Shown: positions 21,577 through 30,438 of the stretch, piece by piece
Layout: every line of letters starts with the position of its first letter
Numbering within the stretch: the first letter of the stretch is position 1
Assembly: GCA_963764715.1 (NCBI GenBank)
Contig: CAVXTP010000023.1
Location: 24,085 to 88,084 of the forward strand
Direction: 5' to 3'
Source: an uncultured Acidobacteriota bacterium
Lineage (GTDB): Bacteria > Acidobacteriota > Thermoanaerobaculia > UBA5066 > Gp7-AA6
Length of the DNA: 64,000 nt
Program-made: the position numbers and the translations under genes
Notes under the pieces: generated by a model
The model's database searches: none
Told to the model about the DNA's origin: nothing
Seen by the model: the letters and a program-made list of their open reading frames with translations, nothing else

Positions 21577-24366
21577 TCACGGGGCCGCCTTCGCGAAGTC
21601 GCCGGCCTTCACGATCGTCAGCTTCGCCGGGTCGAGGTTCCGGCGCATCGCGGCCAGGATGTCCGCCCCGGTCAGCGCCTCGACCTTCTTCTCGAACCCG
21701 GCGTCCCACGCGAGCGTGCGCTCGAGGTACAGCTCGGCCGCGAGCATGCGGGCGAGCGACGCGTCCTGGGCGCGCGCCATCTGGCGGGCCTGCCGCCAGC
21801 CGGACTTGGCGCGGGCGATCTCGTCGGCGTCGAATCCCTTCTCGAGGACTTTCGCCATCTCTTCGCGGAACGCGGCCTCGACCCGCGCCGCGTTCTGGGG
21901 CGCGTAGATGGCAAAGGCGGTGAATTCGCCGGATTCGTCGAGCGGCGAGGCCGAGAGCTGCGACCCGACGCCGTAGGAGAGGCCCTCCTTCTCCCGGATG
22001 CGGGCGTAGAGCCGGGCCGTGTCGGCGGCGCCGAGCATGTAGTTGCCGAGGACGAGCGCGGGATAGTCGGGGGAATCGTCGCGGAGCTTCAGGTTCTGGC
22101 CCGCGACGAAGAACGCGTTGGCCTTGTCCGGCGTCTCGAGCGTCTTCTCGATGGGCGGAACGTCCTGGTAGGGCTGGGGCACCCGCGCGTAGGCCGCCGG
22201 GCTCGACCAGTTTCCCAGGAGCTCGGCGGCGAGCTTCGCGACCTCGGCCTCGTCGAAGTCTCCGACGACGGCGAGCTGCCCGTTCGCCGCGCCGTAGTAG
22301 TCGCCGTAGAACCGGCGGGCCTCCTCGAGGGTCGCGGCCTTGTAGCTCTCGAGCGATTCCTCGAGCGTCTCGACGTAGCGCACGTCGCCCTTCGGATACG
22401 GGTTCATGTGGCGCTCGTAGAAGGTCGAGCCGACCGAGTTCGGCTCGCTCCGCTCCTGCTCGATCGCGGCGAGGTTCTCCTGCCGGAGCTCCTCGAACTC
22501 CTTCTCCGGAAAGGCGGGCTCGCGCAGGATCTCGGCCGCGAGGCGGAAGACCGCCGGAACGTTCTCGCGGATGGTCTCGAAGGAGAGGCTCGCCTGGGTG
22601 GCGCGGCCGCCGACGCTGACGCGGGCCTTCAGCCGGTCGAGCTCGTCCTTGATCTGCTGGCGGGTGTGCTTCGTCGTCCCGCGCATCAGCATGTCCGCCG
22701 CCATGTCGGCGACGGTCGCCTTTCCGGCGAGGCTCTTCTCGTCGCCGAACCGGAGCGTCAGGCTGCCGACCACCGTCGCGCCGCGGGTCTTCTTCGGCAG
22801 GAGCGCGAGCTTCATCCCGCCGGGCAGCTCCGAGCGTTTCGTTCGCGCTTCGATGTTGGCCGGCGAGGGATCGAAGGCCTCTCCCGCGGCGACGGCCGCG
22901 TCGCCCTTGTAGTCACGCACGAGCGTCGCCACGTCGGGCGGCGGCGGAATCTCGGCGCGGTCGGGCTTCGCGGTCGGCCGGAAGACCCCGATCGTCCGGT
23001 TCGAGGGCTTCAGGTACGCCGCGGCCGCCTTCCGCACGTCGTCGACCGTGGCCTGACGGATCCGGTCGCGGTTCAGGAAGAAGAGCCGCCAGTCGCCCTG
23101 GCCGATGTACTCGGAGAGCAGCAGTCCGACGCGGTTGGCGTTGTTGAGCGTGAGCTCGATGTTCTTCAGCAGCGTCGCCCGCGCCCGTTCGACTTCCTCC
23201 GGAGTCACCGGCGTCGCGCCGGCGGCGGCGTCGAGCGTCGCCACGAAGGCCGTCCGGGCCTCGGCGATCGGCTGGTCCATGCGGACCTCGGCGTCGAACA
23301 TGACGAAGCCCGGGTCGTGGAGGGCCATGAAATAGCCGCCGACCGAGGACGCCTTCTTCGTCTCGACGAGGGCCTTGTAGAGGCGGCCCGAGGGCGTCGC
23401 CGTCAGGATCTCCGTCAGGATGTCGACCGCGCCGGCGTCCGGCTCCGCGCCCGAGGGCGCGTGGTAGGCGGCGGCGATGGCCTGGACGTCGCCGATGCGC
23501 TCGAGCGCGACCTCCCGCTCCCCGTCCTGCGTCGGATCGAGCGTGTAGAGCTTCGGCCTCGGCGCCGGGGCGACGGGGATCCGCGAGAAGAGACGGTCGA
23601 CGAGCGCGAGCGTCTTCGCCTCGTCGAACCGGCCGGCGACGAGGAGCAGAGCGTTGTCCGGGCGGTAGTAGGTCCGGTAGAACGCCTGGAGCCGCTCGAT
23701 CGGGACGTTCTCGAGATCGGACTTCGCCCCGATCGTGGAGTGCCCGTAGTTGTGCCAGAGGAAAGCCGAGGAGAGGACGCGCTCCTGCAGGATCGAGCCC
23801 GGGTCGTTCTCGCCCATCTCGAACTCGTTGCGCACGACCGTCATCTCGGTGTCGAGATCTTTCTTCGCGATCCGGGCGTTGACCATCCGGTCCGCTTCGA
23901 GCTCGAGGGCCCACTTCAGGTTCTCGTCGGTCGCCTGGAGCGTCTCGAAGTAGTTGGTCCGGTCGAACCAGGTCGAGGCGTTCGAGCTCGCGCCGTGCGC
24001 CGTCAGCTCCTGGTTGACGTTGGGGTGCTTCGGCGAGCCCTTGAACATCATGTGCTCGAGCAGGTGCGCCATGCCGGTTTCGCCGTAGCCCTCGTGGCGC
24101 GAGCCGACGAGGTAGGTGATGTTGACGGTGACCGTCGGCTTGGTCGGATCCGGGAAGAGCAGGACGCGCAGGCCGTTCGCGAGCCGGTATTCCGTGATCC
24201 CTTCGACCGAGGCCACTTTCTGGGGCGACCGCGCCTTCGCCGCGGAGGCGGCGGCGGCCGTCGGCTTCGTCGCGGCGGGCTTCTTCGGGGAGGCCTGCGC
24301 CGGGAGCATCGAGGACGCGAGCAGCGCGGCGAGACAGGCGAGCGGGGCCCGGAACCGGATGGTCAT
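21577..24366 (-). CDS. M16 (pitrilysin/PqqL-like) zinc protease, exported
   Basis: HLLEH (HxxEH); IREKEGLSYG; signal peptide. Confidence 0.92.
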   Translation of the reverse strand: MTIRFRAPLACLAALLASSMLPAQASPKKPAATKPTAAAASAAKARSPQKVASVEGITEYRLANGLRVLLFPDPTKPTVTVNITYLVGSRHEGYGETGMAHLLEHMMFKGSPKHPNVNQELTAHGASSNASTWFDRTNYFETLQATDENLKWALELEADRMVNARIAKKDLDTEMTVVRNEFEMGENDPGSILQERVLSSAFLWHNYGHSTIGAKSDLENVPIERLQAFYRTYYRPDNALLLVAGRFDEAKTLALVDRLFSRIPVAPAPRPKLYTLDPTQDGEREVALERIGDVQAIAAAYHAPSGAEPDAGAVDILTEILTATPSGRLYKALVETKKASSVGGYFMALHDPGFVMFDAEVRMDQPIAEARTAFVATLDAAAGATPVTPEEVERARATLLKNIELTLNNANRVGLLLSEYIGQGDWRLFFLNRDRIRQATVDDVRKAAAAYLKPSNRTIGVFRPTAKPDRAEIPPPPDVATLVRDYKGDAAVAAGEAFDPSPANIEARTKRSELPGGMKLALLPKKTRGATVVGSLTLRFGDEKSLAGKATVADMAADMLMRGTTKHTRQQIKDELDRLKARVSVGGRATQASLSFETIRENVPAVFRLAAEILREPAFPEKEFEELRQENLAAIEQERSEPNSVGSTFYERHMNPYPKGDVRYVETLEESLESYKAATLEEARRFYGDYYGAANGQLAVVGDFDEAEVAKLAAELLGNWSSPAAYARVPQPYQDVPPIEKTLETPDKANAFFVAGQNLKLRDDSPDYPALVLGNYMLGAADTARLYARIREKEGLSYGVGSQLSASPLDESGEFTAFAIYAPQNAARVEAAFREEMAKVLEKGFDADEIARAKSGWRQARQMARAQDASLARMLAAELYLERTLAWDAGFEKKVEALTGADILAAMRRNLDPAKLTIVKAGDFAKAAP

Positions 24367-24453
24367 GCGATCCCTCCTGACGGAAGCCCCGAATACTACC
24401 CGGGGCCCGTCCCGGGCGCCTTCGCACTAGAATTTCGTCCCGAGGAGATTCCA

Positions 24454-26103
24454 ATGCGGAGACTGCTTTTCGCTCTGGCCGGCGTGGCGCTGCCGGCCGT
24501 CCTCGCCGCGCAACATGCGGACATGCCGGCGGCCCCGCCGCAGAAGCCCGTGACCCTGCTTTCGGGCACCGGTCCGCACCGCCACCCGATCGCGACCTCG
24601 AGCCCCGAAGCCCAGAAGTTCTTCGACCAGGGCGTGGTCCTTCTCTTCGGCTTCAACCACGAGGAAGCCTTCCGCTCCTTCGAAAAGGCGGCCGCGCTCG
24701 ACCCGAGGGCCGCAATGCCCCACTGGGGGATGGCGATCGTCCTCGGCGCGAACTACAACGACCCGGCGCCGGTCGACGAACGGCTGCTCAAGGCGCGGGC
24801 CGAAGTCGAGAAGGCGCTCGCGCTCTCGGCCGCCGGGCCCGAGAACGAGCGGGCGTACGCCGAGGCCCTCGCCGCCCGGTACGTCGCCGACCCGGCCAGC
24901 TCCGACAAGGCGAAGGTCGCCCGCGACTACGCCGCCGCGATGAAGGCGCTTTCCGCGCGGTACCCGGACGATCTCGACGCGGCCACGCTCTACGCCGAGA
25001 GCCTCATGAACCTGACGCCGTGGAAGCTCTGGACGCCCTCGGGTGAGCCGGGCGAGTACACGCTCGAGATCGTCGCCGTGCTCGAATCGGTCCTGAAGCG
25101 CGACCCGCGGCATCCCGGCGCCAACCACTACTACATCCACGCGGTCGAGGCGTCGAAGAGCCCCGAGCGCGCGCTCCCGTCGGCGACGCGGCTCGAGACG
25201 CTCGTTCCGGCGGCGGGGCACCTCGTCCACATGCCGGCCCACGTCTACGTCCGGACCGGCGACTACGTCGCCGCGGAGAAGTCGAACGCCGTCGCGGCCG
25301 AAGTCGACCGCGTCTACATCCGCGAGACGGGTGCCCAGGGCATGTATCCCGTCATGTATTACAACCACAACGTCCACTTCGAGTCGTACGCGGCGTTGAT
25401 GGCCGGCCGACACGCCGCGGCCAAGCGCGCCGGCGATCAGCTCTTCGACGGAGTGCTGCCGGTCGTCTCGATGGACCCGATGCTCGAAGGGTTCCTGTGC
25501 CAGCCGGCCTTCGTCGCCCTGCGCTTCCGGAAGTGGGACGACATCCAGAAGATGCCCGATCCGGGCCCGAAGCTGCCGCTCGTGCGGGCGGTCTGGCTCT
25601 ACGCGCGTGCGATGGCCGCCGCGGCGCAGGGCGATCCGCGGCGCGCCGAGACGCTGCGCGACGCGTACGCCGTAGCCCGCGACGCCATCCCCGCGGGGGC
25701 CATGGCGGGCCCGCAGAACAGCGCCGCGGCGCTTCTGTCCGTCGCGACGCCCGTCCTCGACGCCCGGATCGCCGAGGCGCGGGGCGACCGCCCCGCCGCG
25801 CTCGCCGCCTGGCGGAAGGCCGTCGCGGCGGAGGACGCGCTCGCTTACGACGAGCCGCCCGCCTGGTACTACCCGACCCGCGAGTCGCTCGGCGCCGCGC
25901 TCCTCCTGGCCGGGCAGGCGGCGGAAGCCGAAGCGGTCTTCCGCGCCGACCTCGACAAGCATCCCCGCAACGGCCGTTCGCTCTACGGCCTCTCGAAGGC
26001 CCTCGAGGCCCAGAAGAAGGACGCCGACGCCGCCTGGGCCCGCGCCCAGTTCGAAGCGGCCTGGAAGGACGCCGACACGCCGGTGCGGCTCGAGGACCTG
26101 TAG
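24454..26103 (+). CDS. Exported TPR-repeat protein
   Basis: ATG 24454 after GAGGAG; signal peptide; GFNHEEA, HPGANHYYIH, GHLVHMPAH; helical repeats. Confidence 0.8.
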   Translation: MRRLLFALAGVALPAVLAAQHADMPAAPPQKPVTLLSGTGPHRHPIATSSPEAQKFFDQGVVLLFGFNHEEAFRSFEKAAALDPRAAMPHWGMAIVLGANYNDPAPVDERLLKARAEVEKALALSAAGPENERAYAEALAARYVADPASSDKAKVARDYAAAMKALSARYPDDLDAATLYAESLMNLTPWKLWTPSGEPGEYTLEIVAVLESVLKRDPRHPGANHYYIHAVEASKSPERALPSATRLETLVPAAGHLVHMPAHVYVRTGDYVAAEKSNAVAAEVDRVYIRETGAQGMYPVMYYNHNVHFESYAALMAGRHAAAKRAGDQLFDGVLPVVSMDPMLEGFLCQPAFVALRFRKWDDIQKMPDPGPKLPLVRAVWLYARAMAAAAQGDPRRAETLRDAYAVARDAIPAGAMAGPQNSAAALLSVATPVLDARIAEARGDRPAALAAWRKAVAAEDALAYDEPPAWYYPTRESLGAALLLAGQAAEAEAVFRADLDKHPRNGRSLYGLSKALEAQKKDADAAWARAQFEAAWKDADTPVRLEDL

Positions 26104-26112
26104 GCCCGCAAG

Positions 26113-27177
26113 CTAGGCGCCCAGCTCCTTCGACGCCATCGCGTTGCCTTCGACGCGCGCCTTGATCTTGGCGAAGGCGGTGTCGCGCGAGGTCGAGACG
26201 TCGTCGCCGAACGGCGAGAAGCCGCAGTCGTCGGTCGAGCCGAGATGGGCCGGATCGATGGACCGCGCGGCCTCGAGAATGCGGTCCCGCACCTCGGCCG
26301 GCGTTTCGACTTTCGGCGAGATCGGGTCCGTGACGCCGACGAATACGCGGCGGCCGTCCTTCTTCGCGTGCGCGCCCAGGATCTTCAGGGCGCGCGGTCG
26401 GTCCGCTTCGCTCGCGAGCTGGACGAAGAAGCTGGCGACATCGACGCGGAAGAGCGCGGGCAGGAGCTCCGCGTAGTCCACGTCGGCGCTGTGAGTCGAG
26501 TCCTGGTCGCCGCCGGGGCAGGTGTGGATGCCGATCTTCGACTTCTCTTCGGCCGAGAAGGCGGCGAGCACGCGGTTGTTGAGGTCGACGAAGGAGTCGA
26601 GGAGTTTTTTCGACGGGTCGAGCTTGACGGCGAGCCGTCCCTCGGTGAAATCGATCTGCACGGTCGCGCCGGCGGCGAGGCACCGGCGGATGTCGGTCTG
26701 CGCCTCCCGCACGAGATCCTCCAGGAACTCCTCGCGGGAGTAGCCCGGAATCCCCGACGCCGGGTAGAGCAGCGACAGCGCCGAGGCGGCGATCACGGCC
26801 TCCTTCATCGGTCGGGTCGCGTACTTCTTGGCTCCCTCGAGGTACGTCGCGGCGTACGTCGCGTAGCGGAACGGGCCCGAGGCGAGGACCGGGAGCTGTC
26901 GCGTGTGCCCGTCCCGAAACGGGATGGTCACGCCGCCCGGCGCGAGGTTTCTGGCTCCGTGAACGGGATACGTCGCGAAGCTCGGCTTGCGCTGCTCGCC
27001 GTCGGTGATGACGGGCGAGCCCGTCTCCTCGAAGCGGCGGATCGTGTCGCTGACGGCGGCGTCGAAGAGCGCCTCCAGCGCGTCGGCCGAGATGCGGCCC
27101 GCTCCGTAGGCGGCCATGCCTTCGATCAGCGCCCGGGGTCGTGGAATACTTCCGACCGGCTCGGTCAAGAGTGTCAT
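26113..27177 (-). CDS. Cobalamin-independent methionine synthase II family (single barrel)
   Basis: EPVGSIPRP, ITDGEQ, HTC and DDCGF motifs. Confidence 0.85.
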   Translation of the reverse strand: MTLLTEPVGSIPRPRALIEGMAAYGAGRISADALEALFDAAVSDTIRRFEETGSPVITDGEQRKPSFATYPVHGARNLAPGGVTIPFRDGHTRQLPVLASGPFRYATYAATYLEGAKKYATRPMKEAVIAASALSLLYPASGIPGYSREEFLEDLVREAQTDIRRCLAAGATVQIDFTEGRLAVKLDPSKKLLDSFVDLNNRVLAAFSAEEKSKIGIHTCPGGDQDSTHSADVDYAELLPALFRVDVASFFVQLASEADRPRALKILGAHAKKDGRRVFVGVTDPISPKVETPAEVRDRILEAARSIDPAHLGSTDDCGFSPFGDDVSTSRDTAFAKIKARVEGNAMASKELGA

Positions 27178-27213
27178 CCCCCTAATTTATCCAACTTCGG
27201 AAGGAGTCGCGGA

Positions 27214-30200
27214 ATGCGTCGAGTGTGGATCATCCTCCTGGCTCTTCTCCCGGCGCTCGGGGCGGCGGTGGCGCAGCCGATCGACCCCGCGCTCTACGGC
27301 GACCTGCGGTGGCGCCTCATCGGGCCGTTCCGGGGCGGCTGGTCGCTCGTCGCCGAGGGCATACCGGACGACCCGGCCACGTACTACTTCGGCGCGGCGG
27401 CCGGCGGCGTCTGGAAGACGGAGGACGCGGGCCGGACCTGGTCGCCGATCTTCGACCGGGCCGGGGCGGCGTCGGTCGGGGCGCTCGCGATCGCGCCGTC
27501 GAACCCGAAGGTGATCTACGTCGGAACGGGCCAGATCCAGGCGCGCTACGACATCGCGTCCGGCGACGGGATGTACCGGTCCGATGACGGCGGGGCCACC
27601 TGGCGCCGGATCGGCCTGAATGACTCGCGGGCGATCGGGCGGATCCTGATCGACCCGAAGAATCCGGACGTCGCGCTCGTCGCAGCGCTCGGCCACATGT
27701 TCGGCCCCAACCGGGAGCGCGGGCTCTTCCGGACCGAGGACGGCGGCCGGACCTGGAGCCCGGTTCTCTTCGTCGACGAGAACACGGGCGGCGCCGATCT
27801 CGCCGCCGATCCGGAGAACCCCGCGATCCTGTACGCCTCGCTGTGGCAGGCCCGCAACTATCCCTGGCTCTCCTACTTCCAGCCGATGGTCGGGCCGGGG
27901 AGCGCCCTCTACAAGTCGACCGACGGAGGGCGCACGTGGGCGCGCCTGTCCGGAGGCGGCTGGCCGTCGACGCCGATCGGCCGCGTCGGCCTCGCCGCGT
28001 CGCCGGGGGGCCGGGTCTGGGCGCTCGTCGACGCGGCGGACGAATCTCCGGGCACCCCCTCGAGGGTGGCGGGCCTCTGGCGCTCCGACGACCGCGGCGC
28101 GACGTGGGCGCGGGTCAACGGGACGCCCGGGCTCGCATCGAGCTACATGAACCGCCTCACGGCCGATCCGCGGGCGCGCGACGTCGTGTACGTGACGGGC
28201 CAGTCGATCCGGCGGTCACGCGACGGCGGGGCGACGCTCGAGTTCTTTCGCGGCGGGCCGGGCGGCGACGACTACCACTTCCTCTGGATCAATCCGAAGC
28301 AGCCGGAGTGCATGGTGACGGCGGCGGACCAGGGAACGATCGTCACCGTGAACGGCGGGAAGAGCTGGAGCGACTGGTACAACCAGCCGACCGGGCAGTT
28401 CTACCACGTCGAAGCCGACGACCGGTTCCCGTACTGGATCTACAGCGGCCAGCAGGATTCCGGCACGGCGGGCGCCGCGACGCGGAGCGATTTCGGTCAG
28501 CTCACGTTCCGCGACTGGCATCCGGTGGGCGGCGAGGAGCGCGGCTGGGACGTCCCCGACCCGCGCGATCCCGAGATCGTCTTCGGGACCGGACTCGGCG
28601 GCACGATCACCCGGTTCGACACCCGCACGGGCCAGGTGCGCAACGTCTCGCCCGCGGCCGAGAGCACGTACGGCCGGCGTCCCGTGCCCGGCCTGTATCG
28701 CTGGTCCTGGGTGTTTCCGATCGCGATCGCGAAGACGCCGCCCCACCCGCTCTATGCCGGCGCGCAGTACCTCCTGCGCTCGCTCGACGACGGCTCGAGC
28801 TGGGAGAAGGTGAGCCCGGACCTCTCGGGCGCCGTCGCCGGGACGAAGGGCTGCGAGGGCCAGGTCACCCTCGAGAACGCCGGGCCGTGCGGGTTCGGCG
28901 TCATTTTCACGATCGAGATCTCGCCGCGCGACGCGCAGGAGATCTGGGTCGGCACCGACGACGGCCTGATCCAGCGCACGAAGGACGGCGGGCGGACGTG
29001 GAAGAACGTCACGCCGAAGGGACTTCCCGCCTGGAGCAAGATCTCGACGCTCGACGTCTCGCCGCTCGAGCCCGACGTCGTCTACGCCGCGGTCGACGCG
29101 CACCGCCGCGACGACTTCACGCCCCACGTCTACCGCACGCGAGACGGCGGCGAGAGCTGGCAGGAGATCTCCTCGGGCCTGCCGACGCCCGGTTTCGCGA
29201 TGGTCGTGCGGGCGGACACCGTGCGCCGCGGCCTCCTCTACGCCGGCACCGACACGGGCGCCTTCGTCTCCTTCGACGATGGCGATCACTGGCAGTCGCT
29301 CCGGCAGAATCTGCCGACCTGCTGGATCGGCGACCTCCAGGTGCACGGCGCCGATCTCGTCGTCGCCACGCAGGGCCGGGGGCTCTGGGTCGCCGACGAC
29401 GTGACTCCGCTTCGGCAGCTGACGCCGGCGGCGGCGAAGGCGCCCGCGACGCTCGTCGCCCCGGCCGCCGCGGTGCGCGTTCGCCACAACGAGAACCGCG
29501 ACACGCCGCTGCCGCCCGAGACCCCGTTCGCGCGCAATCCGCCGCCGGGGGCCGTGATCGACTACGTCCTCGGCCAGCCCGCGAACAGCGTCCGGATCGA
29601 GGTCCTCGACGAGAAGGGCGGGACGGTGCGGGCCTGGGCGAGCGGCGATCCGCCCGAGAAGGTCGAGGCGCGGCGGTACTTCACCGACCTCTACATCCAT
29701 CCCCCGGCGCCGCCGTCCACGGAGGCCGGCCATCACCGCTTCGTCTGGGACCTGCGGTACCCGCGGCCGAGGTCGGACCGGTACGACTACATGATCTCGG
29801 CCATCGCCGGCGAGGACACGCCGGTCGCTCCGCGGGGACCGCTCGCCGTGCCCGGCCGCTACACGGTGCGGCTGACCGTCGACGGAGCGACGCAGGAGCA
29901 GCCGCTCGTCGTGACGCCGGACCCGCGCGTGAAGGCCGCGCCGGAAGTCCTCGCGGAGCGACTCGCCTTCGAGAGGAACGTCGTCGCCGCGATGGGCGAG
30001 TCCTACGACGCGCTCGCGCGCGTGCGGGCACTCCGCAAGAAGCTCTCCGGGAAGACCGCCGAGCGGGCCCGGGTCCTGGAAGCGGGGAAGCCTCCGTCGA
30101 CGGGCCTGGCGGGCGTCAACGCGCTGCTCACGACCCTCCTCGAGGGAGTCGACGGCTCCGACGATGCGCCGACCTCCACCCAGAAAGAGGCCTATGCCCG

Positions 30201-30339
30201 GACCCGGGCCAGCCTCGACCGCCTGCTTTCGGAGTGGAAGGGCCTCGAGGCCGAGGCCCGGGCGCGCGGCATCGCCGTCAACGAAATCGACCTCGATGCG
30301 CCGGATTCCACGGAGCGCGCCGGCGTCGAGATCGAATAG
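27214..30339 (+). CDS. Exported VPS10/BNR-repeat beta-propeller protein (glycosyl hydrolase-like)
   Basis: Signal peptide; WRLIGPFRGG; many S/T-x-D-G-G-x-T-W Asp-boxes. Confidence 0.88.
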   Translation: MRRVWIILLALLPALGAAVAQPIDPALYGDLRWRLIGPFRGGWSLVAEGIPDDPATYYFGAAAGGVWKTEDAGRTWSPIFDRAGAASVGALAIAPSNPKVIYVGTGQIQARYDIASGDGMYRSDDGGATWRRIGLNDSRAIGRILIDPKNPDVALVAALGHMFGPNRERGLFRTEDGGRTWSPVLFVDENTGGADLAADPENPAILYASLWQARNYPWLSYFQPMVGPGSALYKSTDGGRTWARLSGGGWPSTPIGRVGLAASPGGRVWALVDAADESPGTPSRVAGLWRSDDRGATWARVNGTPGLASSYMNRLTADPRARDVVYVTGQSIRRSRDGGATLEFFRGGPGGDDYHFLWINPKQPECMVTAADQGTIVTVNGGKSWSDWYNQPTGQFYHVEADDRFPYWIYSGQQDSGTAGAATRSDFGQLTFRDWHPVGGEERGWDVPDPRDPEIVFGTGLGGTITRFDTRTGQVRNVSPAAESTYGRRPVPGLYRWSWVFPIAIAKTPPHPLYAGAQYLLRSLDDGSSWEKVSPDLSGAVAGTKGCEGQVTLENAGPCGFGVIFTIEISPRDAQEIWVGTDDGLIQRTKDGGRTWKNVTPKGLPAWSKISTLDVSPLEPDVVYAAVDAHRRDDFTPHVYRTRDGGESWQEISSGLPTPGFAMVVRADTVRRGLLYAGTDTGAFVSFDDGDHWQSLRQNLPTCWIGDLQVHGADLVVATQGRGLWVADDVTPLRQLTPAAAKAPATLVAPAAAVRVRHNENRDTPLPPETPFARNPPPGAVIDYVLGQPANSVRIEVLDEKGGTVRAWASGDPPEKVEARRYFTDLYIHPPAPPSTEAGHHRFVWDLRYPRPRSDRYDYMISAIAGEDTPVAPRGPLAVPGRYTVRLTVDGATQEQPLVVTPDPRVKAAPEVLAERLAFERNVVAAMGESYDALARVRALRKKLSGKTAERARVLEAGKPPSTGLAGVNALLTTLLEGVDGSDDAPTSTQKEAYARTRASLDRLLSEWKGLEAEARARGIAVNEIDLDAPDSTERAGVEIE

Positions 30340-30395
30340 GGGTCAGGTCTTCATTTTTCGGTTTTTTCTTGGTCCGAAATTTGACGACTGACCCC
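30339..30395. repeat. AT-rich imperfect palindrome (REP/MITE-like)
   Basis: Arms GGGGTCAGGTCTTCATTTTTCGG and CCGAAATTTGACGACTGACCCC. Confidence 0.55.
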
Positions 30396-30438
30396 CAACT
30401 TTCCGGGCGTTTCTCCGTAGGACCCGTCGAGGCGATCG

